NCBI RefSeq assembly: GCF_963853765.1
Contig: NC_088861.1
Location: 21,484,281-21,548,280 of the forward strand
From: Magallana gigas
Taxonomy: Eukaryota
DNA length: 64,000 bases
Direction: 5' to 3'
The stretch's first letter is position 1. Each line of letters opens with the position of its first letter. The notes beneath the pieces are model-generated. The model did not search any database and was not told the origin of the DNA. It saw nothing but the letters and a program-made list of their open reading frames with translations. Positions 14,740 to 29,674 of the stretch are shown piece by piece. The translations under genes and the position numbers were made by a program.

Positions 14740-15265
14740 CCCCTCCCTTGGAAACATCCACAAAGAAAATGAACGTAAACTGCAAATAACTAGAATTTTT
14801 CTAAGTCCAAGGGGCATAACTCTGCCACAAATTGCTCTATCATACCCAAAATCAAATTTGACCTCGATATTATTTAGATAAACCTGCATATCAAATTTCA
14901 TATTAATATGTGCACCCTCTGCAAAAAAAAAGAGCCAAACTGCAAATAACTCGTATTTTTCTAAGTCCAAGGGCAATTACTCTGTCGAAAATTGCTCGAT
15001 CGAACCCAATATCAAACTTGACCTAGATATTATCAAGATAAACCTGTATACAAAATTTCATTTCAATATGTTCATCCTCTGCAAAAGAAATGAGCGGAAA
15101 CTGCAAATAACTCGAATTTTTCTAAGTCCAAGGGCAATAACTCTGTCAAAAATTGCTCGATCGAACCCAATATTGAACTTGACCTAGATATTATCATGAT
15201 AAACCTGTATACAAAATTTCATTTCAATATGTTTATCCTTTGCAAAGAAAATGAACGGAAACTGT
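14740..15265 (+). repeat. Tandem repeat, ~160-bp unit x ~3.3
   Basis: CTGCAAATAACT(C/A)G(A/T)ATTTTTCTAAGTCCAAGGGCAATAACTCTG recurs at 14780, 14940 and 15101. The array lies within an MVP intron. Confidence 0.8.
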
Positions 15266-15418
15266 TGGTGGACCGACCGACCGGTCAGCAGCAAAGTAAT
15301 ATGCCCTCCCTTCTCCGAAGGGGGGCATAAAAATAGTGTTCTACTCCAATCAGACAGTGAAAACAGAGTTTCTATAGTATGAACTAATAGAAGAAGTTTT
15401 TTTATACATGATACATAC

Positions 15419-15646
15419 TGCTTCAGGCTGAGGTTTGTATGTGAGGGGTCCTTCCAGCTGCCACTTCTCTCCTGCCATATGCTGACCCTGGGCATCTTCA
15501 AAGTCAATATTTGCAATCAATCTGATGGCATAATTGGCTTTAATAACAGGTAAGGGTTTAATGGCATTTGTTAGATCAGGCTCATTTTTCAAAAATCGAG
15601 GAGCATCTGGGAGTGTTTCTCCTGGATAAAGTGGGAACGGGGAATC
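15419..15646 (-). CDS. MVP: Major vault protein (MVP) internal exon (second MVP repeat)
   Basis: Translation [76 protein letters not shown] aligns with the conserved MVP repeat-2 ([39 protein letters not shown]). On the minus strand the exon is bounded by acceptor TTATTTTCAG and donor GTATGT, in phase 0 at both ends. Confidence 0.75.
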
Positions 15647-15967
15647 CTGAAAATAACAATATGACCAACAATAACATAAAATAATATTAATATATTCAGA
15701 GATTGAATCCTTTTTTTTTAAAGATATAGTCCTGTAACTGCAGTGGTGTGCACACAAATTAAGTAACATGTGTTAGAACATTATGAAAATTTGTTTGCAT
15801 ATATCCTTGAAGTTATTTATGGGAGTTGTATATCTTTTTTTTTAAATGATTTATTGCTTATAATTACATTTTTTAAACTTCCTGCTTTGTCTGCAAATGT
15901 GATTATTATGTAAAAACTCCTCCTTTATCCTAAGAGTAAGTTTAAACTCATGGAGGGGCCACCTTAA

Positions 15968-17035
15968 GGTAGCTCGCGGGTTTACATGCTTGTGATCGAG
16001 AAAACCTACCTTGAAAATTTGTCCACGTGATCCATAGGTTTCAGAGTTTTATTTCTAAAATTTATTTGAGATTCGTCTACGCGGTAATCATGTTACCGTG
16101 TTTTAAATACCGTGTCATTAATAAAATCAAGCGACGCCATTTCAATGAAATATATAGTAAAATGCACATCTTAGTCGAGAAACGCATTTCAAAATTATGC
16201 TCCAAACTTTTAAACGATTCAGACGAAATTAATTATACTCAACACAATAACAGAGGAGATAATTTTGAATCAATTCATAAAAAATAATCAGTATGTGTTC
16301 TCGGCCAATTTTTGGCAAAACAACTTTAAAGATTTAAAAGATTTCTCCAAACCTTATATTTTCATTACGACGTTAGCCCGACGTCATTATCTCCTTACGT
16401 CTGAGAACCCAAAAATTGAAATGCATTTATTGACAAGACTAGCTGATTAACACATTTTAGAACATGTAAATACTAATTATACATTATTGTGAATGTTATC
16501 AAATACCCAAATGCAATTAATGTAAGGCTGCAAAGATACAAAAAATTGCTATTTTTGCTTTTATGAAAAAATTGCCGGGCAACTACTGACATAAAAGTTT
16601 GTAATCGTATAAAATAATTAGCTCAAGCCAAAAGAATTTCAAAAATTTGATCGGTAGTTAAAATTACGGAAGTTATAATTGTAAAAAAAAAATAGCGAAG
16701 TTAATGCCTACGGTTCAATTGATTTACTTGTCTATTTTAAAACATGCATGATTTTAAATGGAAGAATTCCAACGCACACTCATACTTTATAGAACAAAAT
16801 ATGACAATGTATGTGACATCTTTAAATTTTCAGATAATAATAAATGTTTGTATAAACAGTAATAAACTGCATTAATTTAAGCTTTTTGAAATATTTCCTT
16901 TTATACTTCTAAATATCTCATTTGTCATTTTTTTTAAAAAGAAATGTAGCCTATGAGTTTACTATGACGGTCAACTCTTTACGTCGATTCCTACTGTGAC
17001 GTCAGCAAACCCGCGAGCTACGTTAAGAGCTACAA
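15968..17035. mobile_element. ~1.07-kb element with ~22-bp TIRs (CTTAASGTAGCTCGCGGGTTT)
   Basis: Left end CACCTTAAGGTAGCTCGCGGGTTTACATG at 15968-15995. Right end CAAACCCGCGAGCTACGTTAAGAGCTAC at 17010-17035. It sits in the MVP intron and carries only short AT-rich ORFs. Confidence 0.4.
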
Positions 17036-17959
17036 ACTAGCTGCTGGTCTGTAGCTCCCTGTAAGAAAAATTTTCGGATTAACAACCTGGGAGCTACATT
17101 GCCACCCATTGAAATAATTGTGTATTAATTGCACACAAAAACATGTGCTAGTTTTTGACTTATTAACCTTTTTTATATGCAAATGCTATATAAACATTTA
17201 GACAGTATCATTGTATTCGTCAGGCAATTTACTACTGATATCGTTTATGATAAGGTCTATTCATTTAACAGCCCTTAATCATATCAGGTATTCTTCCAGA
17301 ACTTCAGAAAAATCGACTCATTGCAAACAGATTTGTCAATGTACAAGGTGGCAAGAAAAATAACATTTCATTAGATGAATACTTAGAAATGCTTAAAGGG
17401 ACTTGGACACGATTAAAGATAAAAAATTTTATTTTTATTTTTTATGTATAAAACAGTTAACTGGTGCATTTTAAATGATTGACCACAATATTGAATGTTA
17501 CAGTCAAGTTACAAGCAAGTTACAGAGCTAAGAATTGATTGTTATGTAAACAAAGCTCGAGTCTTATAGTTGTTTACAAAAAATGTAATGTAGAAAATTA
17601 CAATTTCTTAGACAAAATGACAGGCCAAAAACAATTTAAACTAATTCAATATCTTCATAAATACTATTATCAACAAAAGAAAGATACATTTGATTGAAAC
17701 TCACACCAATACAACACACATGTAAAAAATGACAATACTGAGCTTTGTTTACAAAACAAAGAATTATGAACTCTGTATCTTGCTTATAATTTGATATTTG
17801 ACTTTCAAATTTTGACAAAGCATTATAAACCTCTATATTCATTAGTATAAACATTAAAAATGGAAAAATAAAATTTGAAAATTTTATGTCAAATCGTGTC
17901 CAAGTCCCTTTAAGATCAATTCTATGTAAGAATCAAAGATTTGTCAGATAACGGCTATA

Positions 17960-18160
17960 AGGACCAAAACTTTAAGAAAAATAATGGAATCTGAATTTTC
18001 CTGGTATATGCACACCTGCACATTGTGTCCTAAATGCCAACAAAGTTTCACTAAATTACATTACTTGAGTGGTTTAAGAGGAGTTGCACTTACAAAAAAA
18101 AAGAACTGACCAACTGACTGACAGACTTTGTTGCGTAGGGTATAATAAAAGCCATTACAG
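17960..18160 (+). repeat. Dispersed repeat (same family as 4960-5160)
   Basis: AATGGAATCTGAATTTTCCTGGTATATG..CATTGTGTCCTAAATG is followed by GAACTGACCAACTGACTGACAGAC. Confidence 0.4.
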
Positions 18161-18336
18161 GTTGAAGTTACAGTGCACTGCTTGTTTAATGGTGAATTTA
18201 CAAACTTTACATTGATTTGACTACTTATTAGTCATCAAATCAATGTAAAGGTGTGTAAATAAACTACCACTATCTGTTGAAAGTTGGAGTATTAACCAAA
18301 TATACATAAAATTGATTTATATTATTATTTACTCAC

Positions 18337-18400
18337 AGAGTTAAATCTGATGGCAGTCTGTCCAATCTTCAACTCGCTGACTTCCCCTGGTATGTACTTG
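18337..18400 (-). CDS. Candidate upstream MVP exon (..KYIPGEVSELKIGQTAIRFNS)
   Basis: On the minus strand: acceptor TTATTTTCAG, then C AAG TAC ATA CCA GGG GAA GTC AGC GAG TTG AAG ATT GGA CAG ACT GCC ATC AGA TTT AAC TCT, then donor GTGAGT. It ends in phase 0, matching the phase-0 start of the 15646 exon. The PGE motif is typical of MVP repeats. The exon is too short to prove alone. Confidence 0.35.
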
Positions 18401-18569
18401 CTGAAAATAAATCATACATGTGTTTTTATCTTTTATTTAAATACTGTAGGAGCAGAAATATTCGTTGAGGATTTAATTTCATTATTTTCCTTGGCCACAT
18501 AAATCAACAAAATTAAATCCTTGAAGAATTTTTAACTCAAGAATTAATACAAGAGATTACAATTATGAG

Positions 18570-18890
18570 CAAGAGGCCCATGGGGCCACATCGCTCACCT
18601 GAGCAACAATGGCTTTATATGGGTGTACAAAGGATATTGTGCCATATTGGCCCCTCGGTAGAAAAACAAAAAAAGAATCCCATAAAATAAACTGTATCCA
18701 AATTTTACACTTATTTTCCTACACTTAATCTTTGACATTGTACCCTTATGAAATACCATTTTTATCAAAAATAAGATCTTATGCAAGAAATAAAACTAAA
18801 TTTTTGGTAGGGGTTATACACTGTTAACTCTACTTCCCTTTATTTTAGTTCTGCCCCCTCACTTTAAAAACATGATCAAATTATATATGA
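18570..18890 (+). mobile_element. Helentron/HINE-like 5' fragment (c1)
   Basis: CAAGAGGCCCATGGGGCCACATCGCTCACCTGAGCAACAATGG. No 3' end is present; it runs into the TTCATGAA block. Confidence 0.45.
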
Positions 18891-18892
18891 GA

Positions 18893-19205
18893 ATATGCAT
18901 GTATTCCCCTGCGAGATGAAATTCATGATTTTAAGAACTTTAATGAACCGTTCATGAAGTTTCATGATGTATTCATGACTGGTTCATAACTGGTTCATAA
19001 AGGTGGTTCATGAATTTTATTCATGAATATATTCTTAAAATGTAATTCATGAACAAATTATGAATATACAAGAATACAGGAAATTATAGTTCTAGGTATT
19101 GAACATTCATGAATTTTCATGAAGTTCTAATTTACGAAATATATAATTAATTTCAAATACTTTTATAAATTACATAGTTTACTCTAGTATTCAGAACATT
19201 ATCTT
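18893..19205. repeat. TTCATGAA-rich repeat block
   Basis: More than 15 copies of the palindromic TTCATGAA, or variants, within 260 bp (..GTTCATGAAGTTTCATGATGTATTCATGACTGGTTCATAACTGGTTCATAAAGGTGGTTCATGAATTTTATTCATGAATA..). The start ATGAGAATATGCATGTATTCCCCTGCGAGATGA is the reverse complement of 27455-27490. Confidence 0.5.
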
Positions 19206-19207
19206 TT

Positions 19208-19211
<4 letters not shown>

Positions 19212-19243
<32 letters not shown>

Positions 19244-21687
19244 ACAGCAGTTCCTTGTAACATTACATTTCGTAGCATATGCTTTTTCTATTTTAAACAT
19301 TGAACCCCTTTCTGGGGACCCAGTTATGGTCCGAGGTTTATGGTTGGCTTGAACAACATAAACAGTAACATAGGAATGAAAATGTGTAGCACTGCGGTAG
19401 GACCGCACGTACGCAACCTGAAAAACTGAACGTAGCAGAGTTCCACTTCAAGAGAAATAACTCTCAGACTGTACAGAACATCAAGAAAGATAACTCTTGG
19501 TTCCACTACATTAGAGTTTACACAATTTGAGGATCCTTGCATAATAATCTCACAAACTGTAGCATTATAGTTCTCGAGAAAAACTTTTTAAAAACATTTT
19601 CAATATATCTTTCTATGTTAAACTTTGAACCCCTCTTGGGGCCACAGTATTAGTCCAAGGCTAAAGTTTTAATTATTTGGAATCTACATTATTTAAGGAT
19701 GCTTGCATAGTTATCTCACAAGCTGAAGCATTATAGTTCCCTAGAAAAAGATTTTTCAACATTTTCCCTCTATGTTTCTATGCTAAACTTTGAACACCTC
19801 TTGAGGCGCCAGTATTAGATTGAGGTCACAGCTTTTATAATTTCGAATCTACACTATTTGAGGGTGCTTACGTAGTTATCTGACAAATTGATGCATTGTA
19901 GTTCTCGAAAAGAAGATTTTTAAACATTTTCCATATATACCGGTACTTCTACATTTAACTTTAAACCCATCTTGGGTCCCTAGTATTAGTCCAGGGGTCA
20001 CTATTTTAAAACTGTCGAACCTTCATTACCCAAGGTTGTATGCATGATAGTAATCTCACAAATTGAGGCATTGTAGTTCTCGAGAAGAAGATATTTTAAC
20101 GTTACCTTTATATTTCTATAATAAACTTTGACCCCATCTTGGGGCCCCAGTATTGGTCCGGGGGTCACGATTTTACCAATTAGGAATCTACATGAGCGAA
20201 GGCATAGAAATTCCACAAACTAAAACATTGTAGTTCTTGAGAAGAAAATTTTTATACTTTTCCTTTATGTTTTTTAAAATGTTTAAATTTTGAACCCCTC
20301 TTGGTGCCCATCAATTGTCCGGGAGTTACAATTTTTTGAATCTACATTATTTAAGGATGTACATGTATGCATAGTAATATCCCAAACAGTTGCACTATAA
20401 TTCTTGAGAAGAAGATTTTAAAACATTTTCCTATATATGTTAAAATCTAAACCCCTACTGGGGCCCCACTTTTTGTTCAGGGGTCACGATTTTTACAATC
20501 TTCATTATATATACAACCGTTTGTGTATGTATTGGCATTTTTGGTGAAGTGGTTTTTGAGAAGAAAATTTTTAAACATTTTTCATATGTAGTTCTATGTT
20601 AAACTTTGAACCCCGCCTGGGGCTGCAGTTTTGATTTGAGGGTCATGATTTCTACAATTTAGAATCTTCATTATACATACAAGCTTTTGTGTAAATATTG
20701 GCATTTCTGGTGCAGTGGTTCTTGAGAAAAAGATTTTTTAAACATTTTCCTAAGGTATATCTATGTTAAACTTTGAACCCCGCCTGGGGCCCCAGTTTTG
20801 GTCCGTGGGTCACGATTGTTATAATTTAGAATCTTCACTATATATACAAGCTTTTGTGTAAATATTGGCATTTCTGGTGCAGTGGTTCTTGAGAAGAAGA
20901 TTTTTTAAACATTTTCCTATTAAAGGTATATCTATGTTAAATTTGAACCCCGCCTGGGGCCCCAGTTTTGGTCCAAGGGTCACGATTTTTACAATTTAGA
21001 ATCTTCACTATGTATACAAGCTTATGTGTAAATATTGGCATTTCTGGTGCAGTGGTTCTTGAGAAGAAGATTTTTTAAAAATTTTCCTATGTATTTCTAT
21101 GTTAAACTTTGAACCCCGCCTGGGGCCCCAGTTTTGGTCCGAGGGTCACGATTTTTACAATTTAGAATCTTCACTATATATACAAGTTTTTGTGTAAATA
21201 TTGGCATTTCTGGTGCAGTGGTTCTTGAGAAGAAGATTTTTAAAACATTTTCCTATGTATTTCTATGTTAAACTTTGAACCCCGCCTGGGGCCCCAGTTT
21301 TGGTCCGTGGGTCACGATTTTTACAATTTAGAATCTTCACTATATATACAAGCTTTTGTGTAAATATTGGCATTTCTGGTGCAGTGGTTCTTGAGAAGAA
21401 GATTTTTAAAGACATGCACCCTATACTTACTGTTTCGCAATTATCTCCCTTTTGAAAAGGGCTGTGCCCTTTATTTTTACAATTTATAACCCCCTTTCCA
21501 TAAGGATGCTTTGTACCAAATTTGGTTAAATTTGGCCCAGTGGTTTTTGAGAAGAAGTTGAAAATGTGAAAAGTTTACAGACGGACGGACAGACAGACAG
21601 ACGGACGGACGGACGGACGGACGGACGACGGACAACGGGTGATCAGAAAAGCTCACTTGAACCTTCGGTTCAGGTGAGCTAAAAAAA
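19212..21687 (+). mobile_element. Helentron/HINE-like non-autonomous element c2 (~2.5 kb) carrying a satellite array
   Basis: 5' end CAAGAGGCCCATGGGCCACATCGCTCACCTGAACAG. Internal array of ~166-bp units (about 11). (GACG)n at 21585-21640. 3' end GATCAGAAAAGCTCACTTGAACCTTCGGTTCAGGTGAGCTAAAAAAA, which forms a hairpin. The flanks are TTCATGAA-rich on both sides, so c2 inserted into that block. Confidence 0.7.
19560..21410 (+). repeat. ~166-bp tandem satellite array (~11 units) inside c2
   Basis: Unit: ..TTCTATGTTAAACTTTGAACCCCGCCTGGGGCCCCAGTTTTGGTCCGAGGGTCACGATTTTTACAATTTAGAATCTTCACTATATATACAAGCTTTTGTGTAAATATTGGCATTTCTGGTGCAGTGGTTCTTGAGAAGAAGATTTTTTAAACATTTTCCTATG. Units at 20597-21410 are nearly identical. 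Units at 19560-20590 become progressively more diverged toward the 5' side. Confidence 0.85.
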
Positions 21688-21699
21688 TTATACATCTTA

Positions 21700-21770
21700 A
21701 AATATTAATATTAAAACAGTCTTCATGAACATTCATGAATATTCATGCAAACACCTATATAAATGTGGCA
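21700..21770. repeat. TTCATGAA-rich block, continuation after the c2 insertion
   Basis: ..CAGTCTTCATGAACATTCATGAATATTCATGCAAAC.. lies immediately 3' of c2. Confidence 0.4.
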
Positions 21771-23572
21771 TCTTTAATTTTGAAAAAGAAAGATGTGATA
21801 TATTATAGTTATATTTTTTATTCAATTCTAAGAAACATGTAAATTCATTGACAACAACGAAGGTCTCAGACATCATGATCAAATGGTCATTACTAGATCC
21901 TAAATTTGACGCTTAATTTCTTCATTGTTCAATTTATATATTTTTTAAAAATGATATAATTTATCAGTGAATAATCAGTCTTTGCAGATGATACATTATG
22001 GCTGTTAATGTTGTTAAAAATCTTGTAAACTAAACTGAAAAAGTAAAATAATTTAAAAATTTGCATATTACTTTGGAAAAAAGATTTAGTATACGTTGAA
22101 TTCCAACTTGTTTGAAGTACATTGTATATCAAGTTTATTAAAGACGTGGTCGGTTGTCAGTCTGTCATAGAAGCATAAATACACACAAGACGAAGTGCGT
22201 CTGTTCCTGGGAGAACGACAGAGAAAAAGTTCCGAGCACATTCGGTTGAAATTTGGACCCCGTCGAGTTTAGAACCTTTGCGGTTTCTTTGTAAAAGGCA
22301 TTACTGTTGCACACATTTGAAAGCGATTCATTCTAAGAAGTTACTTCAATTTGTCAATTAACTTAATGCTAAGCAATAATGAAAATATTTACTTTAAAAC
22401 ATTAATGCGAATTATAGAAATAAAGTATGAAAGAATATTTAATTGAGTTTAAATTATTTTTTAAGTTCCAAAACCTTGAGGGTTCAAAAACGGAGGGGGT
22501 TGAAATTTAACAGACACAATTTGTGTAAACCGAACGATATTAAATCGTACGTTTCTTCAATCTCTGAAAATATAATAATGAAAACTTAAGCATTTTATAA
22601 TTAGTTTCATTTAAAGATAATTTTTTATTATTATTAACATATGTTAAAAACAAATTATTTTACCAAATGAAAGAGTCTCAGAATACACAGTCAGCGAACT
22701 GTTTTTATTCTATTACGTCACTTCCGCCCAGTGATTACGAATTTTGAATGAAAGCAGATGGATCTTCAACATGAGCGATGGATTAATTAAGTATGGAACA
22801 TGCAAGAAGATAATGCAGCAGATGTAGTTCAAAGTAATGGTATTAAAGGTAATACATGTAATAGTATGTATACATGTATATTGAATTAACTTTTATGTAA
22901 TAAGGAAGTCAAAACGTATTTATAACATATTAATTTTTGTTCATTTTTTCAAACATTTCAAAATGGCGGTTTTTAATATGTAGGGAAATTCTTTTTTGAC
23001 TAACTTATAAGTTTTAACTACATAATTGATAATAAATTACACATTTGATATACCTAAATCGGTGCAATTACAAGGTAAATTTATATGCTGATGTCATTTG
23101 AGTTAATACAAATTTTGTTTTTACTCTAGAATTATGCAGTGAAACCAGAATATTGGACACCCCTAAAGGTAGTGATCATTGAACATAAATTTCCGTAAGT
23201 AATAAATAAATGCTATTGCAAGTAATTGAAAATTTCTAATAAGAATGACCAGTATCATTTACAAATTTGAAAACAGTTATAGTTTCATCATAATAAATTT
23301 AAGAAGTATTTTATTCAAGTATATAGATACATTGAAATGGATTGAACAGCAGGCATAATGCCTATTTATGTTTTCTCCTGAATTTTTCATCTTGTTTCAT
23401 CTTGTTTTATTTTTCTGCGATATCACTTTTTCTAGGGTATTTAAGCACCCTCATTCTTAAGCTCTAGTGCAATTTCAGCATTATCATTTGATAAAAATAT
23501 TTGAAATAAAAATCAAATGAGATGATTGAGTGATTAGTTGATGTTCCAAATGTTTTAAACGATAAGTCATAA

Positions 23573-26688
<3,116 letters not shown>

Positions 26689-27184
26689 TATGTGAAGCCT
26701 GAAGAATTGCCACCAAGAAGTATTGTCACCAAGACACTTTGGGTTTGTAGAAAATAATCATTTAAAGGATGGAGCATTTTACCTACCATGCAGTAAATGT
26801 ACATTGCAATATATGGAATACAAGTGAAATCAACATGAGCAAAGGCAAGGAAGATGCAACAAAGGAAGATTTCATAAAGAACATACTGATAGTTATCAAC
26901 TAGTAATAATATTCTAATGTCGCTTATATTTCAAATCATTGCATATTGGTATGTCAATTCTAATATTGTAACATTCCTTTAAAGCTAATGAGTTAGCATT
27001 GATATCATTACTTGTTTTTTAAAACAACTTATTAAACTTGCTGATTATTTAAAGTGATAGTCAGTACATAAGAATTATGTGATACTTAAGATATTGTCTC
27101 ATTATTCTTCAATTTATTATAATAAAGTATTTTATATTTGATTTCTTAGGAGATTTTACCTTTTTATATACAAAATGTAGAAGG

Positions 27185-27490
27185 TAAGAATTTTCAGCTT
27201 ATTCATGAACAGTTCATGAAGATCTGATGAACTTATTATTGGACATTCATCAAATGATGAAGCTTCATGAATATAACTGTTCATGAATTATTCATGAAAA
27301 AGTATGTTCATGAATATTCATCAACATTTTCTCATGAACAAAAATTCATGACTTTAAAATGTCCAATAATAAGTTCATGGGATCTTCATGAACTTTTCAT
27401 GAACATTTCATGAATATAATTCATGAATCATTAAAGGGAAAATCATGAATTGTTCATGATCATCTCGCAGGGGTATATATGTACATACTC
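27185..27490. repeat. TTCATGAA-rich block (inverted copy of 18888-19150)
   Basis: ..TTCATGAACAGTTCATGAAGATCTGATGAACTT..GAAGCTTCATGAATATAACTGTTCATGAATTATTCATGAAAAAGTATGTTCATGAATATTCATC.. It ends TCATGATCATCTCGCAGGGGTATATATGTACATACTCAT, the reverse complement of 18888-18925. Confidence 0.5.
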
Positions 27491-27744
27491 ATCTTCAACT
27501 ACATTGTAATAGCTAGTAATTGTATTTTATTTTTAAAATTCCTACCAGTGAAAGAAGAAAATTGTACCTCAAGACGCTCAAATTAAGAACATTCAAAAAT
27601 TTTATTGGTCTTCCGCATTATAAACGATTGTTGTTTACCAGGCGTGAACTCGTGCGACGTTTTATAACCTTACTCACTTGATCGATGAATACACTGGAAT
27701 GAAAAATGTTATCATGTGATATGTTGAAGAACTATTACAAGTAC

Positions 27745-28160
27745 ATGTATAATCAATGCATAGGCGTCGGAACTGAGTAGAAGGGGGGGGGGGGGTTTCC
27801 CCTCCCCACTTTTTTGGGGCAAAGTTAGACATAGCCATGCTCAAAACCTTTTTGTTTTTTGCTTCTCAATTATTTAATTGTGTCTGAAAAACCAACAAAG
27901 TTGGTGTAGATTTATCGTATAAGGAGTTGGCCCCAAAAAGTTGAAAATGCATAGAGCTATTACATGTATAATCAATGCAAAGGCGTCTGAACTGGGTGGA
28001 CGGGTCCAGCCCCCCCCCCCCCCCCACCACCACCACCCCCCACCCCCAACTTTTTTTTTTGCAAAGGTAGACATAGCCGTACTCAAAATCTTTTTTTTTT
28101 GCTTATAAGATTTCTGATCAAGTCTAGCCCCCTACCCCTCTCAATGAGCCTCAGACTGCA
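27745..28160 (+). repeat. Tandemly duplicated repeat containing poly-G (27783-27795) and poly-C/(CCA)n (28010-28048) tracts
   Basis: The unit TACATGTATAATCAATGCA.AGGCGTC.GAACTG.GT..A.GGGGGGG...TTTTTTT.GCAAAG.TAGACATAGCC.T.CTCAAAA.CTTTTT..TTTTGCTT occurs at 27745-27860 and 27960-28100. A related copy lies at 44500-44830. Confidence 0.6.
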
Positions 28161-28438
28161 ATGTATAGACAGGCATATCGCTCTATTTTACTAAGGCCCA
28201 CCCTTTATTTTCATCTTTATTCAAAATCAACATTAACAAATGGCTACAATTCAAGATGATTTTCCGCTGTAATTTTTTTCTTGAAGTAGTCCGAGTATCG
28301 CGCTACGTCACACCGACATGTAAAATTAGAGCCGCGATAAACCACACTTTTGTTTTCCGAGATGTGAATTTTTTACGGTTTTGGTTCGACTTTTACTCAG
28401 CGTTTCTTATATCCGGTAGTTAGCTATTGTAACAACAA

Positions 28439-28655
28439 ATGGCGAAGTTTAAGGGGAAATTTTGTAAAAAGGGAAGGGAAAAAATAAATAAGGCTTTGGA
28501 AAGTGGAAGGGAATCACGATGGAGACAAGAAACCGCCTCAGCTGCTAACATTGTACCAATTATTAGCTACGATCATGAGTATGCATGTGACATCCCCGAT
28601 CCAAGTCAGCAAATTGAAATTTCTCTTGATGAAAACTTGAAAGAGGGGGAATGGC
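28439..28655 (+). CDS. Zinc-ribbon/exonuclease gene, exon 1 (ATG start; 3' boundary uncertain)
   Basis: The ATG at 28439 has A at -3 and G at +4. Translation: MAKFKGKFCKKGREKINKALESGRESRWRQETASAANIVPIISYDHEYACDIPDPSQQIEISLDENLKEGEW. The ORF hits a stop at 28667. The proposed donor c|GTGTAC at 28656 joins to 28800 in frame, and the paralogue (ERG-CVVC) reads straight through this junction. Confidence 0.45.
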
Positions 28656-28799
28656 GTGTACCTATATAGGACGAAGAGTTGTAGAACTAGGTAATAACAA
28701 CAAACCAAAACAGACAACATTTGTGTGGACCATACACCGTAATTTTAGTTTATATGCTATGGAATATTATATCTAATGTGTTGTTAAAAATTAACTTAG

Positions 28800-28945
28800 G
28801 AATCTTGGCAGACGGATTAAAGTCTTGCCAGCTATGCAAGTCAGCCCATTGCACTGGTGAGAAAAAATTTGGATTAGGACATATGTTGCTGATGAGATGT
28901 AACTATTGTCAACTTGTTAAAGGACTGATCTCGTGTTGCTATATT
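28800..28945 (+). CDS. Exon 2: CxxC..CxxC zinc-ribbon (3' boundary uncertain)
   Basis: (R)ILADGLKSCQLCKSAHCTGEKKFGLGHMLLMRCNYCQLVKGLIS is homologous to CVVCHKPLNLTKCVKEKQYGLVSLLYIECTCCKELTIV of the 4.4-4.7 kb paralogue. Acceptor TTAACTTAG|G. A stop occurs at 28946 and no clean donor was identified. Confidence 0.45.
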
Positions 28946-29475
28946 TAGCGGTATTTGGCGCAGTTTAGATAGAATAATAACATAAATGAAAATTCCGTAT
29001 TTTTATTGCCCCCACGCTGCGCTATTAAGCTTTTTATTGACCCTTTTCCAAGCCACTAATATTCCCAATTGCCGTTAATTAGATAGAGGGTCACGTGGTG
29101 CAGTGATAAGCTGTTTGAAAACAATGGTAATCCATGTGGCGAAAAACCCGTAAATACAGCATCGCCGATCGATTTTGAAACATCAAAAACATGTCAGCGA
29201 CTCTGGGAAATGTTTCTAATTACATATAAACCCTGGAAGAAGTGATTTGCAGAGGGAATTTCAAAGAAAACAGCGAAAACTGAGGGAAGAAAAAGGACGC
29301 CGAGGAACGATGTCGGTACTTTCGGTTTGTATTAATAATTGTTTTCTCACCGATTTACATGAAATAAAGTCATTTAATCAAATATTAAATCCATAGTATT
29401 TATTCAAATCAAATTTTCAAAATAAATATTTATTATTTATTTATAATAAACGATTTAACCGAGTGAAACAACCAG

Positions 29476-29542
29476 ACTGGCAGCCGGGATAAAACTATCG
29501 CTGGTGGTATTGCTTGGGATGTTAACACAAAGTTGGCAGCAG
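29476..29542 (+). CDS. Exon: TGSRDKTIAGGIAWDVNTKLAAG
   Basis: Acceptor CAACCAG|ACT, donor G|GTAAGG (perfect consensus). It is homologous to GKRHNIGANGQGPFDVNTKLG of the paralogue. It ends with 1 extra nt, in phase with the next exon. Confidence 0.6.
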
Positions 29543-29674
29543 GTAAGGATAACTTTCAAACTTGGAATGAGACTTAATTAATTTTGATAACAAATAAATA
29601 AATCTTAGGGATACATTAGTAAACAAAAGAAAATTGTATTTGATTTTCACAAGAAAATATTATAATGATTGTAG

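Noticed and set aside
19560-21410. CRISPR array as an explanation for the regular ~160-bp tandem units
   Set aside because: Units are ~166 bp with no short-repeat/unique-spacer organisation. The context is eukaryotic (introns, MVP, TIR transposons) and there are no cas genes. These are satellite arrays inside Helentron-like elements.
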